Assembly: GCA_030704615.1 (NCBI GenBank)
Contig: CM060734.1
Span: 51,026,001 to 51,090,000, forward strand
Length of the DNA: 64,000 nucleotides
From: Takakia lepidozioides
Lineage: Eukaryota; Plantae; Bryophyta
Direction of reading: 5' to 3'
Position 1 is the first letter of the stretch. Each line of letters starts with the position of its first letter. Below, piece by piece: positions 50,116 to 60,963 of this stretch. The notes under the pieces were generated by a model. The model saw only the letters and a program-made list of their open reading frames with translations, ran no database searches and had not been told where the DNA came from. The position numbers were made by a program, and so were the translations under genes.

Positions 50116-52251
50116 ATGGGGAAGGTTCCTCGCCTGAGCTCTCACCCACTCGGCATACCTGAGAGGTTCTCCCTAGCTGCCCTGATGCAAGATCGACCAC
50201 GATTTTGTAATGGAGTTAACAAAAACTCTTCAACACTATGTCAGGCAGGACAATCGAAAGAGGGGCTGCACATTTTGGACACACAGGACATCTATGCAGA
50301 CTCGAATACTTATGTCTGTCTCTTGCAGGAGTGCATCAAATTTGGAAATCTTGACTTGGGAAAGCAAGTGCACAGCTGGATTACTCGAGGTGGATTCATG
50401 CCAAGCATCTTTCTACTCAACACACTCGTCAACATGTATACCAAATGTGGAAGCATGGCGGATGCCCGCCTAGCATTTGACAAAATGCCTGTGCGAGATG
50501 TATTTACGTGGACTATTATGATGGCAGGATATGTGAAGCATGGGTGTAGTAGGGAGGCTTTAGAGATCTGTGAGCAAATGATACGGGAAGGGGTGGCGCC
50601 CAACAGGGTCACATTCATTTGCATTGTCAATGCGTGCGCCAGCCTAGGTTCCCTGGAAAAGGGCACAGAGGTCCATGCTGACATTATCAAAGCTGGTATA
50701 TCGCCGGATATCATTCTGGAGACTGCGCTCGTCGACATGTATGCCAAGTGCTGGAGCTTAAAGGATGCCCGACAAGTGTTTGACAACATGGCTCAACGAA
50801 ATGTGGTCTCCTGGAGTGCGATAATTGCAGGATATGGTCAGCATGGCTGTGGTAGGGAGGCTTGCCAGATGTATGAGCAAATGATACGGGAAGGTGTGAC
50901 GCCCAACAGTATTACATTCATTTCTGTTCTCAATGCTTGTGCCAGCCTAGGAGCCCTGGAAAAAGGTACAGAGGTCCATGCTCACATAATGGAAGCTGGA
51001 ATTGCACCAGATATCATTCTGGAGACTGCCCTTGTCGATATGTATGCCAAGTGTGGGAGCTTGAACGATGCCCGACGAGTTTTTGACAAAATGTCTCAAC
51101 GAAATGTGGTCTCATGGAGTGCGATGATTGCAGGCTATGCCCAGCATGGGTGTGGTACTGAGGCTTTCGAGATGTATGAGCAGATGATACGGGAAGGCAT
51201 AACGCCCAACAAGGTCACGTTCATTTCGATTCTCAATGCATGTGCCAGCATAACGGCCCTGGAAGAGGGCAAAGAGGTCCATGCTGATATCATCAAAGCT
51301 GGAGTTGCCTCATATATTTATTTAGAAAATGCACTCGTTAACATGTATGCCAAATGCGGCAGCTTAAAGGATGCACGGGAAGTGTTTGACAACATGGCTG
51401 AGCAAGATGTGGTCTCATGGAGTGCAATGATCGCAGGATATGCTCAGCATGGGTTTGGTGTGGAGGCTGTAGATATCTATGAGCAAATGATACAGGAAGG
51501 GGTGACACCCAACAAGGTTACGTTCATTTGTGTTCTCAAAGCCTGTGTCATTCTTGCAGCCCTGGAAAAGGGCAAGGAGGTCCATGCTGACATCATCAAA
51601 GCTGGAATTGGGCAAGATGTCACGCTGGAGACTACCCTTGTGGACATGTATGCCAAATGTGGAAGCATGGCTGGTGCTCGGGGAGTATTTGACAATATGT
51701 TAAACCAAAATGTGGTATCATGGAACGTGATGATTGCAGGTTATGCTCAGCACGGTTGTGGTAGGGAGGCCCTCCAACTATTTGAACAGATGCAGCAGGA
51801 ACGCTTGACACCCGATTCTATCACATTTACAGGTCTTCTCTCTGCATGTAGCCATGTGGGCCTAGTTGATGAAGGTTGTCACTATCTTGATTCCATGAGT
51901 CGAAATCATGGCCTTACTCCTGCAGTGGAGCATTTTACCTGCATGGTGGATCTTCTTGGTCGGGCAGGGCGATTGAAAGAGGCAGAGGACCTCATTACAA
52001 AAATGCCAATTGCAGCAGATGCGTTAGTGTGGCGGACTTTGCTTGGTGCCTGCAGAATACATGACAATGTGGAGGTAGCAGAACGTGCAGCAACCTGGCT
52101 TCTCAAGTGGGATCCACATGATGCTGCAACTTATGTGCTGCTATCAAACATCTATGCTTCGGCAGGTGAGATGATCAAGCACAGTGAGACAAATGATGGA
52201 GATCAGAGGTATCAGAGGTATCAGGGTGCAGCTGCATTGACCTCATGTTAG
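50116..52251 (+). CDS. PLS-class PPR protein with E domain, no DYW; C-terminus frameshifted
   Basis: Intronless P-L-S triplets with a 303-bp period, then E motifs (VWRTLLGACRIH, YVLLSNIYA). After SAG, the expected VRQMMEIRGI and GCSCID (PG-box remnant) lie in other frames. Confidence 0.85.
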   Translation: MGKVPRLSSHPLGIPERFSLAALMQDRPRFCNGVNKNSSTLCQAGQSKEGLHILDTQDIYADSNTYVCLLQECIKFGNLDLGKQVHSWITRGGFMPSIFLLNTLVNMYTKCGSMADARLAFDKMPVRDVFTWTIMMAGYVKHGCSREALEICEQMIREGVAPNRVTFICIVNACASLGSLEKGTEVHADIIKAGISPDIILETALVDMYAKCWSLKDARQVFDNMAQRNVVSWSAIIAGYGQHGCGREACQMYEQMIREGVTPNSITFISVLNACASLGALEKGTEVHAHIMEAGIAPDIILETALVDMYAKCGSLNDARRVFDKMSQRNVVSWSAMIAGYAQHGCGTEAFEMYEQMIREGITPNKVTFISILNACASITALEEGKEVHADIIKAGVASYIYLENALVNMYAKCGSLKDAREVFDNMAEQDVVSWSAMIAGYAQHGFGVEAVDIYEQMIQEGVTPNKVTFICVLKACVILAALEKGKEVHADIIKAGIGQDVTLETTLVDMYAKCGSMAGARGVFDNMLNQNVVSWNVMIAGYAQHGCGREALQLFEQMQQERLTPDSITFTGLLSACSHVGLVDEGCHYLDSMSRNHGLTPAVEHFTCMVDLLGRAGRLKEAEDLITKMPIAADALVWRTLLGACRIHDNVEVAERAATWLLKWDPHDAATYVLLSNIYASAGEMIKHSETNDGDQRYQRYQGAAALTSC

Positions 52252-55200
52252 ACCTTTTGTGGGTCTTGCTAACTCAGGGTAGGGTCTCTGCAGGTAGCCC
52301 GCTGTACACTGGCTGCCATATTGCATGCCAGGTCGGACTTGTGCCAAGGTCCATCAGGCTGCCTACCCTTTTGGCATGCATGGGCCAGAGCATCCACCCA
52401 GCCTCCCTTGCTTTTCAAAAGGAGAAGGGGGAGAGAAAGCAAGATAAAAGAATTGAAACTGTGGGTGTGCATGTGAGAGAAGGGCGAGTTATGTCTTCCA
52501 AGGGATGCTCTTTAAAAAAGGAGATGTGAGACCTACGCAGGCCTTGCTGACAGGGTTGCAGTGATGACTCGCCTGCACCCCAGCTGCCATCCTGTCCTGA
52601 TCACAACTGTTCCCGCTCCGGGCAGGTTACCTTCCCCTGTTGGCACATGTTCACCTATGCATCCACACAGCCTCGTCGTATTTTGAAATAGACAAGAGAG
52701 AAAAGACATGACAGTGTTTCCATTGGAGGCCCTTTGAGAGATTGTACTCGTAAGGGTTGATTGCCTTTGTCCACCATTTGCTCTGTGGATCCGAGCAGAT
52801 GAGAGGATTGGTAACATGAAAAGCCTCGCAGTTCAAAGTATCATAATGCTTCATAAAGGCAGGAGGATCTCCGGACCCATTTACAAGCCCACGTGGTGAT
52901 GTTGATAAGTTCTTGAGAGGACTTAGTTCCACGCAGAGAAGAGTTTTTGCCATGGGAATGTTGGCGGGCGCAGCGTGGTTCTGCAACCTGAGAGCAGCTG
53001 GGCTGGTTGATGACATGAACCTCTTTTTGCCGCAGCTGCTTGCCAATTGTAAGTCCTCTTGCCCTGCGCACCCCCATAACCGCCCCCACCCCCACTACCA
53101 CCACCTTCTTCTCGCTATCATCTATTAGTGATCATTTCTTTAGCAGGATTATTTACCAATCAATCACATTATGCAGGTGCGATTTCATCTCCGCAGTTCA
53201 ACTCCTAGCCTTGTTCTGACAAGCCTATTCTGATTTTGCTGGCTTATGGGCCTTTTGGTACTCTCCCTGTGTCTCTCCTCGATAGTCTTGTAATTTCTTC
53301 AATACATCCTATCAATGTCGTGTTTGTATGATTGACAGAAGGTGGAGTAAAAACTCCAACTTGCAAATGCACTTGCACTGTGAAACGCCAAGGAAGATAC
53401 AGCTTGTTCCATGTGAGTTGATCTCTGAAGTGGGAGGGGTTTTAACCTGGCAGCAATTCCATGTAGTGCTTAGGCTAATACTAATGTGCATCTTTCTGTT
53501 TGATTCTCCCTATTTTGTCCTAATACATGGTCACAATGGATGGTCCATAAGTAAAGCCACCTGTAAAACATGCATCTTTACAAGAAAAGAGCGGCCAACA
53601 ACCGCCGAGTACCGCAAGAGCTGTGAGGTTCCCAATGTTACCTTATCATCAGAAAAGTAACTCAGTAAACATTTCCAGCTCAAGTGTTGGGCACTGCACC
53701 CAAATGGAAGGAATACTGTTTGGGCCTACAGTGTGGGCCTTGAGGTTGCCTTCTGCCATCTGCGCACTAGGATTTCTTATTGGTGTCTTTCTTACTGTAA
53801 AGCACTTCGGTCTCGATCTCTCGCCGGAGTTGCACGGTAAAAGTGATGAAATAAATGCTACCAATTTAGGGGGCTATCAATTGGCAGCCATCAGATAAAA
53901 ACGTAAATTGAGTATAGAGACTCTAAGTTCTCTGTTGAAATATTGTGTACGTGAGTTTCTTATCTGGAAGCAGCTTTCACTCTGAACCTTAAGGTAAGGA
54001 AAAGGATTTATAAAACTTGAATCCGACCAACAATTAAACTGCAAATAAATTGCTCAGTGGTTAGGGCAGCGTGAGCGTGGGCGGTCACAGTGGAGGGGTG
54101 CAATGGGGAGATTGCCTTGCCCAATTGGCTACCCAGTAGCTCAATAGGCCAACCGGAATGCACTGATGAGTTATGTCATCACATTCAAATGCCCAAGGTC
54201 TCAAACTTACTGCTATTCCTGCAGACCTTGTGTTCACTTTGCCCAACGAAAAGGCATCTGCCTTCATAGATCTTGGCAAGGAGGTTGAGTTTGAAAATTG
54301 CAGGTCTTTCAAATGTCACATTCATGATTTCATGTGATGAATTTTGATATGAAAAAAGAATGTCAAGATGAGATGCCTTTGTCATGCTTTGCTCTGAGGT
54401 TGGGAAGAGATGGCTTGCCAATCCCCATGTAAGCAGTGGAAGTAGGTCCTGGAATGAGCCTAAATATGGCTGGCAATGATGGTGACAAAGTAGTGAAGCT
54501 ATGACCTTGAGGAAAATTTGGGTGGGTGAATATTCTCATCGAACTTTTGTCCAATTATGTTGTTTGCAGCAAAAGCGCATGGCAACATCCCGAGACGAAG
54601 CCCAGGGCGGAGTTTTTATTACCCTCTAGCCTCAGGGTTTCCAGTTTAAGTAACAAGGCAGGATTTGAGGAGTGCATGGGATCAACCAACTACTCCAGGG
54701 TGTGGTGCTCTTTTTTCTGGAAGTTGAAGAAGGTCATTGATGTGCCAAAGAGGACAACTGAACAGCTTCTCAAAGAAAGCAACTTCATAGAGCCTTGTTT
54801 CAGTATATGAATCCCTCTTTGTGGTGTTGTAATGAGGTGCAGATTTACTTGACACAAGTTTCAGTGTGGCTGCTTGAAGCTTTTAGTCGATCTATCATGA
54901 CGTAGCGAGCACAACATCATAGCTGGTTTCTACTTTACAGAAGAGCTCATAATGATAATATCACCAAGCTCATTTATCCATTGCACAAACTTGTCATCAC
55001 AAGTTTACTTACACTTGTGCAGATCAAGATTCAGATGCTTCTGGAGGTGATCTAAATGCCTCCAAACTGAGGGATGTGAAGATTCCTAGCTTGGAATCCC
55101 GTGGTGAGCTGTTTCAATCTGGTCAAACTGTCAAACTTGGCTGCACTGTCATGGGAACTTTCAAGGTTGCAGCGCCGTCTGCTGTTCAAGAAGGGGACTG

Positions 55201-55877
55201 AACAAATGAAGAAATCCATTGCAATATGTGAGGGATCAAGTTGCCGTACTCCTCATTTACATGTACATGTACACAGGAGGACCATAACCCTAACTGGGTG
55301 GGACACATTTGCGCCATCATCTCCTCGGTTAAATGCCGTCGGAACGTACTTATGCCATCTGTTTGTTTCTAAATGCAAGGAAACCTTGTGGCAGGGCAAT
55401 GAACTTGGCATGCTTTGCATGAGAGAGGGCAGGAGATAGTCAGTGGCCAGTCAAGCTGCAGACTAGCATCAGATTGCTTGAAAATCTGTTAGTTGATGGA
55501 AGACTATCGCGGTCTACACAAAATGACTAACTACCTTGAACAGCAATAAATAAACTACCCAGTTTGCCTGGAAAGAATATAATCGAATTCCCCAAGGGCA
55601 CGGATGATCTCTACAACAATTCAGTGTATCCAAGGCGGCCACCATCTATCTCGTTCTACATTGGTGTGGAGGTAGTAACTAGACACATGTGCAATGGTCA
55701 CTGAATTGGAGACAAAAACATGCATGCAACACAGTATCCTCGGTGAGTGCAAGAATTTTTAGGGAGGAAGACGAGGGAAAAACAGGAGAGCTTGAAATCC
55801 ACGTAGAAGTACAAGCTGTCAAATGATACCTTTTCGTAAGATCTATGTATTAGTATTTTCCCAGTCTGTCACACAGC

Positions 55878-55961
55878 GGGGTGGTGGCGCAGTTGGCTAG
55901 CGCGTAGGTCTCATAGCTTCGAGAAATCCTGAGGTCGAGAGTTCGAGCCTCTCTCACCCCA
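55878..55961 (+). tRNA. tRNA-Met(CAT), elongator, with 10-nt intron (55916-55925)
   Basis: GGGGTGGTGGCGCAGTTGGCTAGCGCGTAGGTCTCATA[gcttcgagaa]ATCCTGAGGTCGAGAGTTCGAGCCTCTCTCACCCCA, the canonical plant elongator tRNA-Met. Confidence 0.97.
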
Positions 55962-55968
55962 TTTTTTT
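55962..55968 (+). terminator. Pol III oligo-T terminator
   Basis: T7 immediately after the tRNA. Confidence 0.85.
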
Positions 55969-56374
55969 GTTTCTGCCCTTTTCGGTTGGTTCTAGAGGGC
56001 TTGTGCATGCCAAGAAAAAGAATCCTACCCAACTTTTTTCTCCTAAAACTATAGACGATCAGTACATGTGCCCAACCACACAATCAGTACAACTATACAC
56101 TGCAACCAACATGGCATCTCCCAAAATCTTAGACCAAAATGCCAAAAATATGGGGGGATGCTTTGTATGTGAAATCTGGGGGGTAAAAAAAATTGTTTTG
56201 GCTTCTTTCCCAAGTACACCATGAGGTGACATTTGTTTTCCAATTCCTCTGGTAAATAAGTGCACAGTAGCATTTCATGGTGCCTTGTCCAAAATTTTTG
56301 GCATTATGATAAATTTTCAGCCCTAGATGTTATCTTGAAGATTGTCCATTTGGTTGCCACGTAGGCAGGTCAAT

Positions 56375-56823
56375 TGTCGCGTACCTCACTTCGGTAAGCT
56401 CCCCTCAAGTCATAGTTACTCGCTTTGATGCGCACCTCACTCCCAAACTGACCGCCGGGCCAACTCGGAGCTTCGGCTGCTCACCGGGACATAACGGTCC
56501 CCCTTTGCTCCTCCACAAGACCCTCGCTCACTTTGGGCCTAGTGGAAATTCCCTTTGGTTGTTGACCTTGGTCGCTTTCCGGCTCACACACTTACTCACT
56601 AGTTTTTGGTCACCAACGGGTTTGCACCGTTCTTGGGGTTACTACTCCCTATATATACTTTTGTGACTGTCCGTGGGGGTTTCACAAACAACCCAGTCAT
56701 TTTATGGCGAACCACCACGAAGACCCTCGATTCCCGGTGATGAGTTGCGGTGAGTCTTGGCCCACCCACCACGGCCCCATTGGACCGTAATGAGTCCCAA
56801 GACTCCCCACGACTCCCACTACA
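56375..56823. mobile_element. Possible solo LTR
   Basis: TGTCGC...ACTACA ends and an internal CCCTATATATAC TATA-like box. AGGTC occurs on both sides but is offset by 3 nt on the left, so the TSD is imperfect. Confidence 0.4.
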
Positions 56824-57039
56824 AGGTCTCCGCCCCATGGTGAGTCCTACGCCACCAGGGATGCCTCGGCGTGAGCCTAGTGGCGTGAGCGCAGCAGCGC
56901 TCACGCCACGTCATCGAGCTTAAACGCCATGTCAACGCGCGCCAAGTAAGAAGCAGAGTGTATTTCCGCGGAAGAGCACCCTCAACCGCGGAAACAAGTT
57001 GGACGAAATAATAAAAGGACATGGTCATTCCTACCTGAA

Positions 57040-57290
57040 AGCAACAGATGAATGCAGGATGGATGAATGTAGAGTGGATGCGAAATAGATGGATGTGTGG
57101 GAACAATGCAAGCAGATGGATGAATGTGGGATGGATGAGAGTACAATGAATGAATGTACAATGGATGTTGAATAATGAAAAACATTCTTGAATGGAGGAT
57201 GCATGAATACACAATAGATGAATGCACAATGGATATGACATGAGTGTGAGGGGTTTGTGGGATGGATTCATGAAGATTGACATTTGAATC
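57040..57290. repeat. Degenerate (ATGG/ATGA)n low-complexity repeat
   Basis: Recurrent GATGAATG / ATGGATG. Confidence 0.75.
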
Positions 57291-57740
57291 TGAGTGGATT
57301 GTTTGTTTCATTTTCTTTTCTGCCGGAACAACTGCAATGAGGCAAGGGAATTCAATCATTTCCGAAGAGGATATAAACATAACATAAAAATGCGAAGTTC
57401 AGTCTGACTCAGAGTCAGTACAATGTATCCCCGCGTCCTCTGCATCCAAGTCCAAGAATTTAAGAACTCCGGATCTACGATGGCTACACCTGCGATCGGC
57501 CAATAAGAAGTCAGGGGATAGAGCCTCGGCCATTTGAAGTGCCATTGCTTCGGCATACACATGAAGCACAAAAGTGGGAACGGGACTGTCGAAAACAGTC
57601 TCGCCACAAATGGGGGTTTCTCCTGAACATCCATCGCTGCAGTTCTTGCAAGTCACAGCATGATAAAAGTTATTACTGCAAATTTGATGTCTGCAAAATT
57701 GAACAAGCACCCAAACTGGAATGACAATTCCATGGCAGAC

Positions 57741-59700
57741 TTACTCACATGAAAAGTCGTTGTCGATCTGCTTATCCTCGGTATCCTCATCATTTCTGAT
57801 TTGAATTTGTTCAGTCTGTGTGCCAGACGTAGAGCCAGACACAAGAGGGAGGATGACACTTTTGAATAGTTCGGTGTCGCCCTCCATGCCAAAAAGGCTT
57901 CTCCCGCTAACCTTGCAAGCACGATAAGTCGCACCTGCCAAGACATAAAGCCTCAAGAAAGTTGAAGAGGATGCAAAATCGGATGCAAACTAGAAGACCT
58001 AAAAAATGGGAACAGTATTGAACCAACGAACCTATGGATAGTGTGAGGTCGACCACCCTTGCAGAATGGTGGCTGCATGACTCCAAGAGCGTCTGCATGA
58101 ACGCCGGGGTTCTCTCCCTTGCACCTCTCCACGGAAACCCATCTGGTCTTTTGGCTGTCTGACTGGAGTGCATGAAATTGTAGAGCATGTCATCCACATG
58201 CGGTTCGTAGGGGGGGGTTGATGAAACACCCCTGGTTGGAAATTTCAAAGCTGCGAACGGAGGATGGTGTTTTGGAGGTGCAAATCCTCCTCAGGTAGAT
58301 TGCCTCAAACATCCTTGTCTAGCAAAGATGCAAGGTAGGGGTGAGACATGGAAATATTGGAGGAAGTCTGGCGCAGGAAGGAACAAAACATGGACTGCAA
58401 ATAAAAACTACAATGGAATGTATTTGTGATGATCGGTGCCGATCATCATAGATGGTGGTAGAGCAAGCCAGGAGAAATAACAAGAAGACATTGGGAAACA
58501 GTACGGAGGAGGGCGGTGCCATGCCAGCTGTCCAGGGCAACCACCTTTCAAAAGGTAGAGGATGTTCACACAATTCCATGTCCTCAGAATTTCAAACCCA
58601 GACGACTTCAGGTATGATGCCAGTCCCCTACGACTATCCTTGTCACATGACTGGAAGAGCAAAAGCGTTCCTGCATCTGAAAGGAAATTATTGCAAAACC
58701 CGAATACCCAACTCCAATAATTCTCATCGAATCTATTCCAAGATAGAGTCTTTCCCTTTGGATGAACGTCGGGGACAGGCTGGCCGTCTGGGATGTCAAG
58801 GATGACCATGTCAGCGGCAAAGGTTTTTTGAAGACATCATACGAATGAGGGACCAGTGCTCACTTGCAGCATACAGGTCCAATTTAAATACAACGGAAAA
58901 TGAGGGTCCCAACAGAAACCAACATCTACATTGGCATTGACAATTTCAAGTGTCCTATGTGAAGAGAAAGATTCTTACCAGATTAAGAAAAGAAATCATG
59001 TTATCCCAAGTCGGTGATGGCACCCCCGAGTAACCTTTTCTCCCAGTCTCCATCATCGCCAGCCATCCCTCATTGACAATTTTGATTTGCCCTGCCAAGT
59101 CCGCATGGGAAGGGTGTGGCTTGGCATCGATAATGCATTCAATAGTGCGGGTGTACCTCCCAGCTGTCTCATCTTTCTCTTTGTCCTTCTCCTTGTCCTT
59201 CTCTTTCCCCTTCTCCTTCCCCTTCTCCTTCTTCTTCTCCTTTTCCTTGGACTTCTCTTTCTCTTTTGTCTTCCCAGGTGACTTGGCTACGCCCTCCGAA
59301 GCCTTTGGATCCTTGTCTTTCACCTTGCAACCCCCATTCCTGCCTTTCTGTGGAGTTGCCTGCGCGTCTGGCTCCTTGGCGACCAATGAAGCTATGTTCC
59401 TCTAGTACTCTTCGTCGTTCAAAGGTGTCAGCGTCTCTGCATGGTTGTTTAAATACTTCATTTGCTGCTCTTGAAATGTCGTGTGCTCTGGAGGGCAATC
59501 AAGGTACCATCCACAGTCCCTAAAGTGGGCAGGACTCCAGTCCCTCAAGATATCAGCTATGTACATGGTGGGATCGTTGGCAGGGTCAAACCACATGTCC
59601 AGGTAATTGTTAGAGGGCCGTCTGGGACTTAGACACTTTTATGGGCTCTGTGGGGTACCCTTAATTTTTGCGCAGACTTACGGATGGTAGACTTAAACCA
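57741..59700 (-). pseudogene. Beta-class DNA N6-adenine/N4-cytosine methyltransferase-like gene (spliced, disrupted)
   Basis: In order: ADMVILDIPDG (motif IV-like); WVFGFCNNFLSDAGTLLLF; PWRGARERTPAFMQTLLESCSHHSARVVDLTLSIG|ATYRACKVSGRSLFGMEGDTELFKSVI (motifs X-I-II). Intron 58031-57935. A Lys/Glu-rich linker lies upstream and there is an in-frame TAG at 59402. Confidence 0.7.
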
Positions 59701-59768
59701 ACAGAGGCCTTAGGGGTGACAGGCACAGGCTTTAGGGGTGGTAGACAGGCTTACACACTCAGTTCGTA

Positions 59769-59878
59769 CACAACCTATCATAGTCTATCACAGCCATACA
59801 CAGCCTTATACAGTCTGTCACAGTCAATCACAGCCCATCACAGCTCGACACAGCTTCGCACAACCCGTCACAGCGTAC
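59769..59878. repeat. 10-bp period tandem array (CACAGCNNNN-like, ~11 units)
   Basis: CACAACCTAT CATAGTCTAT CACAGCCATA CACAGCCTTA TACAGTCTGT CACAGTCAAT CACAGCCCAT CACAGCTCGA CACAGCTTCG CACAACCCGT CACAGCGTAC. Confidence 0.9.
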
Positions 59879-60963
59879 GTAGGGAACGGTTATCATTGGC
59901 AGGGAACGACTATGTGGGAACAAAATTTGCGGAGGGAACGTGCTTACTTCTTGAGATGACAGTTAGTTAGTTAGGCGGTTAGAACAGCTTGCGGGTAGAT
60001 TAGGCAAAGTAACAACTTGGAGAGGGCACTTCCCGTAGAGCACTTTCGGATCATCAGCAGAAGAGATCAGGTGGAGAGCACGAACTGGAACAGGGATGGA
60101 GGGTACAGTGATGGAGGGGGCGCGATCTGCGGATGTTTGATGAATGCAAGCTGTAGACTTAGACTGTAGAGCAGATTAGGGACACCATGGCTTCGGCCTG
60201 ATACATGACAAATCTTAATCTGACACCTATTCGATACAATCACACCGTGTAGAGAGACTTGAGTGAAGCTGTGGAATGATTGGATAAGTGAATGGAACCT
60301 GAAAGATTACTGAAGCAATCTGATGTTTAAGTATACATAACAAGCAACGACGCAATGGCATGAGCGTTGCACGTGAGCGCGCGAGCGTACGCTCACGCAG
60401 GAGTGACGTGGCGTGAGCCTGCACACACGCTGACGTGGCGTGAGCGTCATGTCAGCATGCTGATGTGGCGGTAAATGATGACGTGGCACTGTCCGTCAAC
60501 TGCCATGTCAGCATTAACATGCGTCGCCTATAACCGTGGATGGTCCTATGACCGTGGAATTAATGCAGGGAATCTTGCCTAAATAGAATCAAGACGAGCG
60601 TTGAGGCCTACAATTGCAGCATCCAACATTGTGCAATTACAGATGCTTGTTTCACTTTTACAATTACGAGGACGACAAAATATCCTCACAAAGTGTGCGC
60701 CATAAAGGCTGCCACGAGAAGACTTCCTCCCTCCTCAAATAACAATGAGAGTTATGATCATCTTCAAAAGATGATTGTAGTGCATAGCGACAGCAAGACA
60801 TGTAGACTTCGAACGGTGCAATGACAAATGTGCACTACCTAAAAGTTGTCACTCAGAGCTCACTCCGTATAGTTGGAGGCCATATCATTGCACAGCCGAT
60901 GAATTGATGTGAATTACACATTTCAAATCATGGTCATCCACATACCACATTACATAGTTCATG

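Noticed and set aside
52250-55800. Short ORFs as genes or a detached DYW exon
   Set aside because: No HxE/CxxC motif or other recognisable family signature, and no consistent splice model.
55990-56330. MITE downstream of the tRNA
   Set aside because: The candidate ends (TAGAGGGCTTG / CAGCCCTAG) match poorly and no TSD is evident.
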